A stretch of DNA of 64,000 nucleotides from Octopus vulgaris (GCA_951406725.2 OX597828.1:66216001-66280000), one strand, 5' to 3'. Shown: positions 1-14,084, counted from the first letter of the stretch. Numbers and translations are program-made. The notes: generated from the sequence alone by a model not told the origin.

Positions 1-519
1 TCTAAAGATGTTAATTTGAAAATTAATTCTTAATCTTAAAAGTTTGAGATGATTTAAGTGTCAAAAAATTTTAACATTATAGAAATGGTACAGTCAATAG
101 AATTCACAGTAGTACAAGACTAATATATATTTTATTGATTACAGGAGGATAAAAGGCAAGGTTGATTCAGCTGGCATTTCAACACAATGGTAAATGGACA
201 TAGCTGGAGAAAAGATTAGTGTTGAGAGAGGGCGAGAGAGAGAATGTGTGTGTGAGAGAAAGTTAAGTAGGTAGGTACTGTTGTCACCATAATTACTAAC
301 AAGTTTGGATTAAAAAAAATGGAATTTTAAGTGCAAGTTAATACAATGGAACACAAACTTCAAAAAATGACAATATGTATATATATGATACATGGTTATT
401 TGTGTGTGTGTGTGTATTTATTTATACATAATTAGGATAAAGTCATAATTTAATTATTTATCAATGGCCAGCATACTAACAAGACCTTAATGGGTTAATT
501 TATATCTAAATATAATTTT

Positions 520-1122
520 ATTTGTTTCAGTCATTTAACTGCAGCCATGCTGGAGCACCGCCTTTTAGTCAAACAAATCAAATCCAAGATTTATTCTTTG
601 TAAACTTGGTACTTATTCCATTGGTGTCTTTTGTTGAACCACTAAGTTATGAGGACATAAACACATCAACATCGGCTGTCAAGCAATAGTGGGGAGCCAA
701 ACACAGACACACATAATCATCATCATCATCGTTTAACGTTGGTTTTTCCATGCTGTCATAGGTTGGACGGTTTGACTGGGGACTGGCAAGCCAGGAGGCT
801 GCACCAGGCTAGAGTCTGACCTGGCAATGTTTCTACAGCTGGATGCCCTTCCTAAAGCCAACCATTCCAAGAGTGTAGTGGGTGCTTTTTATGTGCCACC
901 AGCACGGGAGCCAGTCAGGCGGAACAGGCATCGGCCACGTTCAGATGGTGCTTTTTACATGCCACCAGTGGGCTTCTTTCAGTTTCCATCAACCAAATCC
1001 ACTCACAAAGCTTTGGTCGGCCTCACGCTATAGTAAAAAGACACTTGCCCAAGGTTCCACGCAGTGGGACTCAACCTAGAACCACGTGGTTGGGAAACAA
1101 GCTTCTTACCATACAGCCACAT
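520..1122 (-). mobile_element. tRNA-headed SINE (family C) split by an RTE-tail element at ~718-968
   Basis: Both halves align to the intact copy at 50990-51376. Confidence 0.8.
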
Positions 1123-1123
1123 T

Positions 1124-1165
<42 letters not shown>

Positions 1166-1402
1166 TTTATTTTCTATTATTAATGTTCATCAAGAAAGTC
1201 AATCTAAACATTATTTGCACAATTTATGAAGGTACATGCATGATTTAGAAATATTTTTAGCTGGAAGCATAGCAATGAATTTGAACAAGTAATTATAATA
1301 TTACAGAAGTGAACAGAAAAGTAACGTAGCTCTATGCATTAGGACTATATCAAATTTTTATGCTCCAGCATGGCTGCAGTCTGAAACAAGTAAAAGAATA
1401 TA

Positions 1403-2418
1403 TGGTTCTAGGTTCAGTCCCACCTTGGGCAGGTGTCTTCTACTATAGCTTCAGGCCAACCAAAGCCTCATGAGTGGATTTGGTAGACATAAATTGAAAG
1501 AAGCCCATCGTATATATACATATTTATCTCTGTGTGTGTCTTTGTGTCTGTGCTTGCTCCTCACCATCACCACTTGACAATGGTGTTGATGTGTTTATGT
1601 CTAAGTTAGCAGTTCAGCAAAAGAGACTGATAGAATAAGTACTACACTTAAAAACATAAGTCCAGGGATCATTTTATTCAACTAAAACACCTCAAGGTGG
1701 TGCTCTAGCATGGCCGCAGTCAGATGACTGAAACAAGTAAAAGAATAAAAGAATATATATATATATATATATCCAATTTCCATCTGTACATTGCACAAGT
1801 GGAAAGGTGCATAATTTTGTGAAGCTATGAACAGATTTACAGAGACATGTTTCAAACATTGAAAGAAGCAACAGTAATGTTCGTATGTATTGCCAAAGTT
1901 TTCCAATAAAAGATTTGAATATAATAAGTATGCCTGTCTTCTAAGATGTATTTAAGAGAGGAAATAAATAGGCTCCAGCAATAAAGAGAAAAAACTTAAC
2001 AAAAACAATGTCATAGATTAAACTCTTAATGTATTATGTAACAGGCAAGGTAGATTGGTAAGAAGCTTGCTTCTCAGCCGCATGGATCTGGGTTCCCACT
2101 GCATGGAACCTTGGGCAAGCATCTTTCACTATAGCCTCAGGTCAACAAAAGGCTTGTGAGTGGATTTGATAGATGGAAATTGCAAGAAGCCCATCGTGCA
2201 TGTGTGTGTGTGTGTGCGTCTTTGTATTTGTCCTTCATCATTACTTGACAACCAATGTTGGTGTATTTATTTCCCTGTAACTTAGGGGTTTGGCAAAAGA
2301 GACTAATAGAATAAAAAAAAAAGGAGGTACTGGGATTGACTAATTCAACTAAAATTCTTCAAGGCAGTGCCCCAGCATGGCCACAGTCTAATGACTGAAA
2401 CAAGCAAAAAAAATTAAA
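1403..2418 (+). mobile_element. Two family C SINE copies (~1403-1752, ~2045-2418)
   Basis: Shared ccttgggcaagtgtcttc...gagtggatttggtagac...cagcatggccacagtc...gactgaaacaag; CpG-decayed. Confidence 0.8.
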
Positions 2419-2514
2419 GATGAAACAAACTACTTTAGCCAGCTCGTTAAAGTATATATCTGAATGTTGGAAATAAAGATAGTATTTTAATTATTATAGT
2501 AAATATAAAAATTC

Positions 2515-3640
2515 TTTCTACTATAGGCACAAGGTCTAAAATTTTGGGGGAGGGTGTATAGTGATACACATCAATCTGAGTGCTAAACTGGTACTTATTT
2601 TACCAACTCCAAAGGATAAAAGGCAAAGTCAACCTCAGCAGCATTTGAACTGAAAAGAATGCTGTGAAGCATTTTGTCTGATGCAATAAGGATTCTGCCA
2701 ACTACTATACCATGGTCACTATTAATTTGTATAATTTGAAGGTGATTATCACCTAAGTTTCAAATATATGACTTCACATATATGGTTAATTATTCATGTG
2801 AACCAATTAAACGAGATTTTGACCAATCTGCTGACCATTCAAATAGTCATACAAATTTCACAAATGAGGTATCAAAATGTTATTCATTGGATAATTTCCA
2901 AGAAAAAGTGCAGAAGAAATTACATTTAAATATTTTCAAAAATTCATAGTAATACATAATAATACTAAAACTGATTCTAATTTAGGCTCAAGGCTAGTAA
3001 TTTTAGGGATAGGGGTTAAGTTGATGCCATCAACTCTACCACTGATCTGGTACTTTATTTTATCCAGTTTGATAGGATGAAAGGCAAAGTTGAACTCATT
3101 CAGAGCATAAAAAGTCATCATAAGCAGTACTCGGCATTTTGTCTGATGCTCTAACAATACTGCCAACTCACCACCCTTGTAAATAATAATTTAAAATTTT
3201 GGCACAAGGCCAGTAATTTTGGGGGATTGGGTAAGTCAATTACATCAACACCAGTGTTCAACTAGTACTTATTTTATCAACCCTGAAAGGATGAAAGGCA
3301 AAGTCGACCTCAGCAGAATTTGAACTCAGAACATGAGGACAGACCAAATGCCGTTAAGCATTTTGCCCAATGTATTAACGCTTCTGCCAGCTCACCACCT
3401 CAATAATTTCAAATTTTGGTACAAGGACAGCAACTCTGAGAGAAGTGGGTAGATTTAGTAGTTAACTGGTACTGTATATTGTTTGGCTTCAGAGAGATGC
3501 AAGAAAAGGTTGACCTCAGAACGTAAACAACTGGAAAAAAAATAGCAAGACATTTTTCCAATGCTCAAACAATTCTATCTATTACAATCTTAAAAGATTA
3601 TTTCTAATTTAGGCACAAAGCCAGCAATTTTTGAGGGAGG
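2515..3640 (-). mobile_element. Cluster of 4-5 decayed family K SINEs
   Basis: Recurrent ggcacaagg...ggatgaaaggcaaagtcgacctc...gaactcagaa, reverse complement of 63138-63358. Confidence 0.75.
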
Positions 3641-3837
3641 ACTCAATGTAGTTGTATTTGACAAAGTATCTCCTAGCTAAATGTTTGACAGAAATTAGTA
3701 TCAGCATGGTCTATTTTTGTCTTTATTGTAACAGAGACATACACATATGTAATAAAAATAGTGATCTTATATTTTAAAATCTTCCCACTGAAAATGCCTC
3801 TCATGTTAACTGCAACCGTTTATTATTATTCATATTA

Positions 3838-4896
3838 CTGTAAAAACCCATATAATTTATGCAATTATTTTTTGGAAAAAAAACAAAAAACTTTAGGGGT
3901 GCATAAATTACATGAGTAGATTGTTTCCAGAATTAAAAAAAAAATTTTTTTGGTAAAAAAAGACGCCCAAAACGTAAACATTCGTACTTGAAGTTGACTC
4001 ATTTAACATCAGAATAGGTTTTTACAGAAAAATAATGGCTTAAATATGTATAATGAAGTAAACTTTTATTTATGTTAGATGGTATAATGCTTACTTTTTC
4101 TGTATCAATTTACTAAAACCATTAAATGGTTAACTAGTTTTTGAAGTCTGATGTTCATGCTAGTAAACATGGTCCAAGCCATATTTTACATTGCTTGGAG
4201 TTTCTACCTATTGCAATGGAGCACCTCCTTCACAATAAATGATTCCTAAGTTCTGCTAATACTGACAATAATGGTAAAGACAAATATAAAAGTTTGCTTG
4301 ACATTTTATAAGTGTGAAAGGGATTAAAATTTCAGTATTACGTATCAAAGGTTCTGACAAGAATAGGCAGAAAAGAATTCCGTTTACATAATCAGTTTGA
4401 TCGGTCATCTGCCTCTATTGGTTGAGTAAAGTGTCATCTAAGCTGATGTTTATTGGTAACTAAACTTAATTTGCAATACCTGTGCATATTTATCAGCTTT
4501 GTTTTTGTTGGTAATTCTTAACTTTTCCTGTGATTGTGATTTGAAAAGAAATACAGCAGTATGCTAAAGATCGGACAATCTTTTGTGGGCAAGAAATGTA
4601 AAATAAAGTTTATGATAAACAACACAAACACTTTGTAATTTAATTGCTTTCAATGTGATACCCGTTAATCAGAAATTATTTTTATTTAATGAAAAGTTAA
4701 TAAAATCTAATCATAAGTGAAATTATGTTAAATACAACTAAATTGAAAACCTTTTCCCCCTGGCTATATCGGCAATTCTAAAAACTTTTAGGTGCGAATT
4801 TTACATGATTAGAAGCTTTTTTTTTTTTAACAAATTTTATCCCGAAAATCACCTGCGTAAATTACACAGGTGCACAAATCATATGGGTTTTTATGG
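3838..4896. mobile_element. Non-autonomous Tc1/mariner-pogo (Tigger-like) element
   Basis: Imperfect ~26-bp TIRs (ctgtaaaaacccatataatttatgca / tgcacaaatcatatgggtttttatgg), TA on both flanks, subterminal gtgc.taaattaca repeats. Confidence 0.75.
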
Positions 4897-5422
4897 TATG
4901 TGATTATAATATCTATTAATCATTAATAATCATTTAATTATATTGTATACATTCGAAGTTGTAGTTGAAATAGTTGTAGCCGTTTTGAATGAAGCTTTAA
5001 GAAGAAAAATCAATGATCTTGTCTCTTTCTAATTCTTTTAATGTGTGTGAGCGTGTGTGCACACAAAAAAGTATTCTGGATTCTATTGCATAGTGCAAAT
5101 ACAGAAATAAATTTGCACACAAAAAAGTACCCAGCCTTTCATTTGTAAATGTTATGGTGTTATTTCAGCCAAAAAAGTAGGGTTCTAATTGTTGCACATA
5201 TGTGAAATGATAAGGCTACAACTTAAGACTTTTCAACACCTGCTGGCATGACCTGTGCCAATTTCTGTTGACTTCTTTAGACTTCGAGTAATCCTTTGGT
5301 GAATATCCTGAACAACTTCTGGCATTCAAACTGTAAAGCCTCTTTATTTGGGGGTGTTGTATATTTCTCCTTGCCAGTAAGACTTTACCCAGAAGCTTTC
5401 ATGTGCTTGCTTAACAGAACCT

Positions 5423-5602
5423 ATTTATTTACTACCCACAAGAGGACAAACAAGGACAGACAAATGGATTAAGTCGATTATATCAACCCCAGTATGAAAG
5501 GCAAAGTCGACCTCGGCGGAATTTGAACTCAGAATGTAAAAGCAGACGAAATACCGCTAAGCATTTCACCCGGTGTGCTAACTTTTCTGCCAGCACCCGC
5601 CT
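5423..5602 (-). mobile_element. Internally deleted family K SINE with 13-bp TSD
   Basis: cttaacagaacct at 5410-5422 and 5601-5613. Confidence 0.85.
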
Positions 5603-6189
5603 TAACAGAACCTGTTCTCACACTTCTACTCTTTCCACTATTGAGTATGTCATCTTGCAGAAAAGGCTAGAGATGTTCACTCAATTCAATCTTACAATTA
5701 GCTAATGTAATGCTATGCTATAGACCCTAGGCTACTTCTATGCACACCATCCTGTGTATGTATCTGTATATGTCGGTATATGTATATATACATACACCTA
5801 CACATAAGTAAAATGTTGCACAGGAGGATGACAAAGGAAAACAGGGAAAACACACAAAGGATGTGGACAGGGTCACCCCTCATCAATTATCAACCAAAAT
5901 CCTCACAATTTCAATGCCTTATCTATAATATTGTTCAATTTGGTTACATCAACAGCAAAAAACTACTAGCGTATAAATGAGTAAACATGACAGATTTATA
6001 AGACAAGTACAAAGAAGATGGTTTCTCTAGACTGTGGTGAAAAGGACAAGTTATGAGGAGAACAGGAAAATGTGTAGAAAAACAGGATAAACATAGGCAA
6101 GCCATGAACTTGGATCCAAATTAAAAATCTAAAACATGAGATGGAAAACCCAACTGAATAAGAGAACAGTCAAGCCAAAAAGGATGGGT

Positions 6190-6610
6190 AGTTTTAGAAA
6201 CAGGATGGCCATGAAGTTGGGAAGGGAGAGGAAGAAGAGGTATTAGGGGGTAGAAAGAGAATGGGAGAGAGAGAAGGCCCATACAGAGAGAAGAAAGCAT
6301 AGGGAATAGATGAAATGAATAAAAGAGTAGCTAGAAAGTTAGAGATTAACATATATGAAGAGAAAGTGTGGAAATGAAAAGGGGAAAAGATAGACAGAGG
6401 AGGAAATAGAAAGGTAGGCAAAAAGAGCAAACAAAGGGCAGGTAGATAGTTAGAAATGTAGGAAGAGATAGAATGATAGGAAACAAAGGAAGGATGCAAG
6501 AAAAAGAAGATAGAATGATGGTCAGGTGAGAAGAGTAGAGAGAAAAAGCAATAGACAGGTAACTGATGGTGCAAGGCAATGAGATAATAGTATGGTAGAG
6601 GGACAAGAGA
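6190..6610. repeat. GA-rich low-complexity tract
   Basis: Near-pure purine plus strand; explains the F/S/L-rich ORFs on the minus strand. Confidence 0.8.
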
Positions 6611-6665
6611 GATACATGGTTACTCCAGCTGTGTCTACACTCAGAGACACCTGCATATAAACACA

Positions 6666-7559
6666 TAAGGTGGTATTAAAAAGTTCTCTGACTATTTCTG
6701 CAGTGCATTAACAGATGGCAGCACACAGTTGTGAGTACAGTGAGAGCTAGCAGTGACCTTCATGAGACAGTGTGCCAAGTGACATCGCTACGTTTACTTT
6801 GCAAGTTGTGAAATTTGTGTTTTTGCAATCACGTGTATGCTGTAGTGTGCAATAATTTTGTCATGGACAGAAACAAAGAGCCAATGTGAAATTTGGCATT
6901 AAACTTGCGAAGTCTGCTAGAGAGACATTAAGCATGTTCCAGCCGGTTTATAGCAACGGGGCAATGGGTTGTACACAATGTTTTGCGTGGTACTGGCACT
7001 TCAAAAGTGGAAGAACAACTTGGAAGGCGATGAATGATCCGGAAGAGCTGCCACAAGCGTCACTCCAGGAAATGTGGTATTGTGTATCAAGAATTTGTCC
7101 CCCAGGGTCAGATAGTCGATCAAGAGTTCTACTGCAATGTTTTGAAGCATTTGGTGGAAGACATTCGACAAAAGTGACCGGATCTAAGGAGTGCGAAGAA
7201 TTGGATTCTTCCTGAGCTCTCCTCACAAGTTTCTTGCTAAAATCAACAGGGTATCACCTCCACACCCACCCTATTCACCAGATTTAGCATCTGCAGACTT
7301 CCATTTCTTCCCCAACATGAAATTGCAGCACAACGGTTTTTGTTTTAACATTGCTGTCGAGATCCAAAGCGAATCACAGGTCCTTGAATGCCTTACAGAA
7401 AACGACTTACAGGCCAGATTCCAAAAGTGGCAGGAATGCTGGGACCTGTGTATTGTTGCACAAGGTGACTATTTCAAAGGAGATGATGTTAAAACTTAGG
7501 TAAATAAGTTATTTTTTTAATAAACAAAATTAATCCTGGAACTTTTTGATACCACTTTG
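6666..7559 (+). mobile_element. Internally deleted mariner transposon (transposase pseudogene)
   Basis: TIRs aggtggtattaaaaagttc / gaactttttgataccact; HTH-region peptide KLAKSARETLSM...FKSGR; PPYSPDLASADF motif and terminal QGDYF. Confidence 0.92.
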
Positions 7560-7584
7560 TACATATAGACATACACACATTCAA

Positions 7585-7619
<35 letters not shown>

Positions 7620-7620
<1 letters not shown>

Positions 7621-7721
7621 TTAAAAAATAAGGAGAAAATGGAGAGATAATTAATAAAATATTATTTATTAATAATTAATATTTTATTAATTACCTCTCC
7701 ATTTTCTCCTGATTCTTTAAA
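7620..7721. repeat. ~45-bp-arm inverted repeat (Penelope-type palindrome)
   Basis: aggagaaaatggagagataattaataaaatatta vs taatattttattaattacctctccattttctcct. Confidence 0.75.
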
Positions 7722-8469
7722 TATATAAATATATGAACCATGGTTTATATGGTTACCTTATAGTTGAACTTTCTATGGATTGGTAACTATTTTCCTTGGA
7801 TTTTATTATCCCTTAATTAGATTTATAACCTTTACTTGAATATATATATATATAAATTTTATAATTATGAGCATAATTATAATTAGGGTTCAGCAAAATT
7901 TGCTTCACCACATACCGAAATTTAGAAATAGCAGTTAAAATACTATTCTACTACCCTAAGATATCTCCCTGACAGCAATACTCTACAACTCACGAGAGTA
8001 TTGCTGGAGGCTTAAGATGGTGACCAATGTAATATATGAGTGTAGAGGACAGTATCAAGAATGAAAGATGGATAATTTGACTCAATACGGGAAAACTCCC
8101 CTGGTCCAGATGCAATACTAACACATGCATCGTACAATCTGTCCTACACTCTGTGGAGAAAAAAATCTTTTGTTGCCAGCACCAGTAGAAGTTACCGAAA
8201 CTTTTTCTAACCTGTTCTTACCCTGGCTAAAATACTTTTGAAGCAACCACTTCTGCGGCAACAAAAGCTATCAACTACTACTAGTGAACCCACCAGGGAT
8301 TCAGGGGAGTCTGTTTCTGGTGTGTTCATAGTAGGGACTACTCCAGTGCAGTTATCACATATGCAGCTTACATTCTCTGATAGTCTGCCAGTGATTCCCC
8401 TACATCTCGTGTGTCCATTGCTTATACTGGACATGGCATATGGAAATTATACCTACTCCTTTTCTCTTT

Positions 8470-8930
8470 ATTAGGGCTTGGTTCTCAACCTATTCTTATT
8501 AATCATTGTCCTCCAGACCATAATGGAGGAATTTAAGACTGGCTGCCCTTAGGAACTACAATATACGCTGATGACCTCATTCTCATAGCAAATTCTATAA
8601 TAAAAATTAGAAAAGAAATTCCAGGTGTTGAAGTAAAAGTTAGCTTAAGAAAGACCAAAGCTCCAGTAAGTAGGAAAACAGACAAGATTCTACTCCCTTC
8701 AGGTCAATGGCCCTGGTCAATATGTAGAAAAGGTGGAGACAGAAATTCCATAGATGTACCCAGTGCAAGCTATGAACACACAAAAGATGTAGAATCACAT
8801 GAGGGTTAATGGATAGTGTTTGCATGTGGAAGATGTACAGGGCAACGAACTCTAAGGACACAAAGAGAAGATAGATTCCCTTGAATGCCCTGGAAACTCT
8901 CTGGAGGTAGTAGTTTCTATCTGGAAAAAG
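8470..8930 (+). mobile_element. Decayed RTE-type LINE RT fragment
   Basis: Frameshifted ...EEFKTGCP*EL.YADDL catalytic motif and a downstream Cys-rich segment. Confidence 0.65.
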
Positions 8931-11900
8931 TTCGTCGTGTGTGTGTGAGTGTGTATTCCCTTATCTTGGAATCGTTTGACACTTGTGTTTCAACGTCATA
9001 CAAGTATTATTCGTTTCCAATCACCATGAAAACACGCCCGACTATAGAGAAACCCTGCTGGGAAATAAGCGAACGTTAGCAACAGAAATGGTATCCGGAC
9101 ATGGAAAAATCTATAATGAATAGCGTCTAACCCAGACAACCATGTATAAAATGGGTGTTACACACATTGAGAAATATGTGTATGTGAACAAACACATGGG
9201 CATGCTCAGTAATTAAGAGTAACAGAAAATGTTTTGACTCATTCGGGGGGGGGGGGGGAGAAGTTATTTCTATTTTGCACGTTAATTGGAGGTTTGAAAT
9301 TAACAAAAATAAAATATATACGGCTCGTCTTTATTCATAATTTTTCAGTCTTAATTAAATGATACTTTCATTTTACTCAAGTATTATAATGAAAGGCAAA
9401 GACAACTCTGAGTGGTAGAACTTAGAACATTGAAACCTAAAGCAAGTAGCTTGCCCCTTCCACTTGTATCATCACTATTACCGTTACAACAGTACTAGTC
9501 ATAGTGATAATAGTTTCTAACGTTGGTACATATTCACACAATTTATAGAGCAGGGATTTGTCAATTAGGTCGATCCAATATATAACTGACATTTGTTTTG
9601 ATCGTGCATGAAAGGTGAACATTAGCATCAATAAATGAAAGGCAAATTCACCTCGAATGAAAGTATTGTTGCTATACAATAGCACCAATTAAAGATGGAG
9701 TAAAGGAGGAAGAAGAAAAAAAGAGCAAGGATTCCGAATCGATGGGATTGAAAAAGACTTAGAAACTGTAGCTTGAATGTTCCAAGCAAATCGTCTCTGC
9801 TAACCCCAACAACTTTTCACGTCACCGTTAATCGGCTTCGATGCTGGTTTCGATCTGAACGGCTCTGAATAATTAACCGAACTCTTATCCAGTCACTGCA
9901 TCGATAGCAATGTGGGCGGTGCAGCATAAATCAACCCAGTTTTGATAGATCGATAAAGTATATCATCTCATAGGGACAGGCGTACGGTGAGGGCGCCGGT
10001 GGGGAGAGTGTGTTGTGTATGTGTGATAGAGAAGGGAGGAGAGACGAACGGAGATAAATTAAAAAGTGAGAGGAGTGAATGAAGTATAAGAGGAGAGAAA
10101 AAAGTGGTGGAGATAGAGATGATGATAGTTGTGATGTTGATGGCGGCAATAGTAGTAGTACCAAGCTAAGTAATTATGAAGAAACAATAGTGACCCATAG
10201 CTATCGCTAGAGATATATTTATAACTTTGTATCCATCTTTATAAACGTGTGCGTGTATACATGTATTTATAGTGTATGCATGTATGTCTCGATGTGTTGG
10301 TGAGCATGTGGACGTGCAAACGTGCAATGTCGCTTTATATAGACGATCATGGCAAGGTGCGAGGTAAAAAAAAAAGCGTTAAGAGCTCGCAACAAGACGT
10401 GTTTTTTTATGCTTTATTAAAACATCAGTAAACATATATTTCCACAGATTCTTATAAACAGTAGCCATATTGTAGTCTTGGAGAAGTGAGCTTGCTAATA
10501 AAAAAAAAATTTAAGACAGAATTGTTTGTAGTTTTCAGACAAAAGCGAATTTCAGTAGAAAGTAAATAATAAAATGAGTTTTTTGTTTTTTTTTTACGTA
10601 AAAAATGTGGTTTCGATGATCATGCATCTCAGGGGAATTAGCGACCTAAGATATAATTTCTAACAACATAATACCAATACTAATAAAACTGAAGTAATGG
10701 AATGAACACATTTAAAGAAGGTTAAAATGTTACCAAGGGAATGAAGTTGGTAATTAGCAGAAGACAGAAAATTTACTTGAACGAAACATGATTCTGCTTG
10801 ATTAAATATAAACCATTAACTTTTGAAGTTAGAGTTGGCTTAGTTGAATAAATAAATACTTCGGTATATTACTGGCGCTTGTTTTATCAATTCTAGAATG
10901 TTACTCAGTTTAAACTTGGAATTAGATTCAGTAAAGCATCTGGGTCGACGCTCTCTTATAATACACTCCCCCACTGGCCACCACAACAGAAATCATAAAA
11001 CAAACAATTACATCAGTGAAGATGATTTCATATTAATGAAGAGGAGCCGCTACTGCGATCGTGAATTTCTCGAAGTCAATCAAATAACTTCTTAAAAGAA
11101 AGTCCTTAGAATTATAGGGAAAGTAAATGTAGAACTGTTCATAATTTTTGAGAAAAGAAATCGATTCTCTAAATTTAAATCGACAATTTATTAACAGTTT
11201 CCGATTAGGAGCGCCATACCTCACAGGAAAGGAAAATAGTATATTTCTTAATTTCTTCGGTATTTTCAGTATTCCAATTTCAATCCTAAATTATAATTAT
11301 TTTTTATTTCAAATTTTTTTTTTTTACATTTATAACCCCCTTCCCGTATTTTTTTTTCCTTTCCTATAAAGTATGGAGCTCCTAATTAGAATCTCAGTTA
11401 ATCTATAATTGCAATTGCATAACAATGACTGCGTAATTATAACGAAACCTTACGCTATCGACCTCATCTCGTTAAAATTAAACTCACAACATATCACAAT
11501 AGGTACTGTAAACTATCTAAAGCCACTAACCTCTATACTCTACACTCGCGATAATCATTTTACGTGAACAGGAACCTTCAGATGCATGCAGAGACGGAAT
11601 GGCAAATGTATCAGTCATATCTCTGTTAATTAAGTGTTTTTAGCGCGAATCAAACGGTTCCATTGGCAAATCGAAATCGGAATCGGATCGACGATGCACT
11701 TCACTTAAAACCTACCACGGCTTCCGTGAAATTTCCAATATCAGAGAAAGGGAAGCTGAGGTGTTGTTAGTGCAACAACACACCTCTTTGAAGTGTACTA
11801 ACAAGGGTGAAATCAGAACTGGGTGACGAAGGCGATTCGCCGTGAAATTACTGCTTTGAACCAAACATAAAACATGAGTAAACGACATTTAGCGCTGCCT

Positions 11901-12276
11901 GAAATAGCAGCAAATGCTTTTAGAAAGTGAAACCAGATAATTTCGCGCTATTCTGATAAATACTTTCCGAGTATTTTTTCTAAGAGATGATTTTTAAAAA
12001 GTTTTCTTTTTGTCAATCCATACACATTATATACTACATATGCTCGCTACGTAAGACAGGTTAAGGGTATAAAAAGGTAAAATTAGGGAGACAACAGTTA
12101 AGGGGAATAAACAAGGAAACCAGAGTAAACAATTCCAGTAAACTACTCCGTCGGAGTCAGCTTCATCGTTCGATCTTTCGGCATCGATAAAATCTGTATC
12201 GATGCAAACGAGCTTGCTCCATGCCCTAAAAATTGTTGGCCTTGTACCAAAATTAGAATTATTGTTTGTGTTGTTA

Positions 12277-12460
12277 AGGCGGCGACCAGGCAGATTATTT
12301 GGCGCGTTGAACGAAATGTTTAGCGGTATTACCGTCTGTCTTTTATGTTCTGACTCCAAATTCCGCCGAAGTCGACAGTACCAGTTGAGCACCAGGGATC
12401 GATGGCATCGCCTAGCCCCACTTCCCACAAAATTTCAGACCTTGTGCCCGTTGTAGGATG
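12277..12460 (+). mobile_element. Family K SINE
   Basis: Aligns to 63138-63358; source of ORFs 12027-12428 and 12202-12456. Confidence 0.75.
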
Positions 12461-12536
12461 ATTAGTATTGTTATTAAGAAAACAAACGAACGAACAAAAA
12501 TAAAAATTCAACAATAAGAGCAACAAGAACACTTAC

Positions 12537-12646
12537 CTTTTTGAAAACATTTTTCCTTTCTCGAAGTTAGGGTATGAATGTTGGCACTGAGACATGGTGG
12601 TCACTCCGCGGTTTAACGCAGATATCATATCAGAAACACGCTTCAT
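12537..12646 (-). CDS. First coding exon of an unidentified gene that probably runs off the left edge
   Basis: In-frame upstream TGA, then MKRVSDMISALNRGVTTMSQCQHSYPNFEKGKMFSK; internal ACCACCATG; consensus donor AAG|GTAAGT; CpG-rich context. Confidence 0.55.
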
Positions 12647-12834
12647 TTCTACAGCTGTGGTTCACGCACAGGGGACCAAAGAAACTCGTTCCGCTGACAA
12701 CATGAAAGGGATGGCCTAAGGCGAAATGTTAGTACCCGAGGAATTTGGTGAGAAAAAGTTGCAGACGCGTTTGGCACATGTATCTGTCGGTTTGGTCCAC
12801 CATGGTAGCGAGAAACAGTTATATATATACATAT

Positions 12835-12879
<45 letters not shown>

Positions 12880-12885
<6 letters not shown>

Positions 12886-13380
12886 GCGCGCGCGAAGAAC
12901 GGGTACAATTCGGGAAAAGAAAGGGAGTTTAGTCAAAGTACGTGGGACCAGTTAGCACCATCCGAAAAGGACAGGACCACGTCCTTTGAGTTGACCACTG
13001 CTGTAATAGCAGCGGTTTTATGTTTTTTAAGCTTCATCATCTGCACATTTCCATTCTGTGGCTGTACATTTGTGCATTTACACACGTCGCTGTACTGAAG
13101 AGGGCTTCTTGCTGCTGCAGTTGGCCGAAAGCCAACCAGGTCAAGTTTTCTGCTTTCCTCTGTCTCATTATAATTATGGAAGGTTCATTAACATAAGCTT
13201 ATTGGCAGGGACCTTCGATTAACCAATCGAAGGCATCGAACCGTATGACATCAGTGGAACAGAGAATCTGATTATCCAATCAATAAGCATTGACCGATTT
13301 ATTAGCATATTGTCATTGGAAGAAGACTAGTGACAACCAATCAGATTGCGTTGACCGACTTTCGCTTCTGTGCGAGTTCT
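12880..13380. promoter_or_regulatory. CpG-rich promoter with clustered CCAAT boxes
   Basis: CCAAT at ~13223, ~13276, ~13337; ATTGG at ~13201, ~13315; TGACATCA at ~13247; TACGTG at ~12939. Confidence 0.6.
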
Positions 13381-14084
13381 CACAATGCAATGAATATTAT
13401 AAGCAAGGCAGGAAGTTTATTTTTTTCCCCCACTGTATTTGTATTTCCTCATCTTCGACATAACATGCCAGTCAGAGTAAAATTACATATAATAAAATTA
13501 TATATAAATGCCCAATAGAAAAGAATAGATTAATATTAACAAGTACAGACAAATATACAAAGGTAACTACAATTTTATGTGACGTTGAGGAAAAAATATC
13601 TGAAGAAATCCATAATGAAAGCATATTACAAATAATTTGACAACATAAAAATATTACAACTACTAACATCAATAGAAAGCTAGCATGAGGTCAGGAAGAT
13701 AGTTGAGTTTAAATAAAAATTGTGTAATCCACACGGCAAGGTCATTTGGTACATTAAAATTTCAGTTATTTAAAGAACAATACCAGGAATAAATGATTAT
13801 ATATGCACATGGTTGGATTTTATTAAAATACACAATAAATCATAAGAAAGGCAAACAAACAGGTAGTTTGTGAAGATATCAAATTCCTATTGAATTACGC
13901 AACCGCAAAATTGTTTCGGAGACGAACTCGAAATTCTTCAAGCATCTTTTAGCACTCAAATATTTACTCATTAAGCGACCGCTCTCACAATTCAAAGATA
14001 AAAGTCGCGCTTCCAAAAGAACGAAGGCTCTTATTTTTAAGTAGCTTTTCCTCTAATCTATTTTGGCTTTTATAAATAACTCTC

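Noticed and set aside
6194-6666. 126-aa and 106-aa hydrophobic ORFs
   Set aside because: Antisense reading of a GA-rich low-complexity tract
9640-9660. Splice donor GAG|GTGAAT for an alternative exon
   Set aside because: Falls in a decayed family K SINE motif (atgaaaggcaaa.t..acctcg)
12027-12532. Overlapping ORFs up to 133 aa
   Set aside because: They lie within family K SINE sequence
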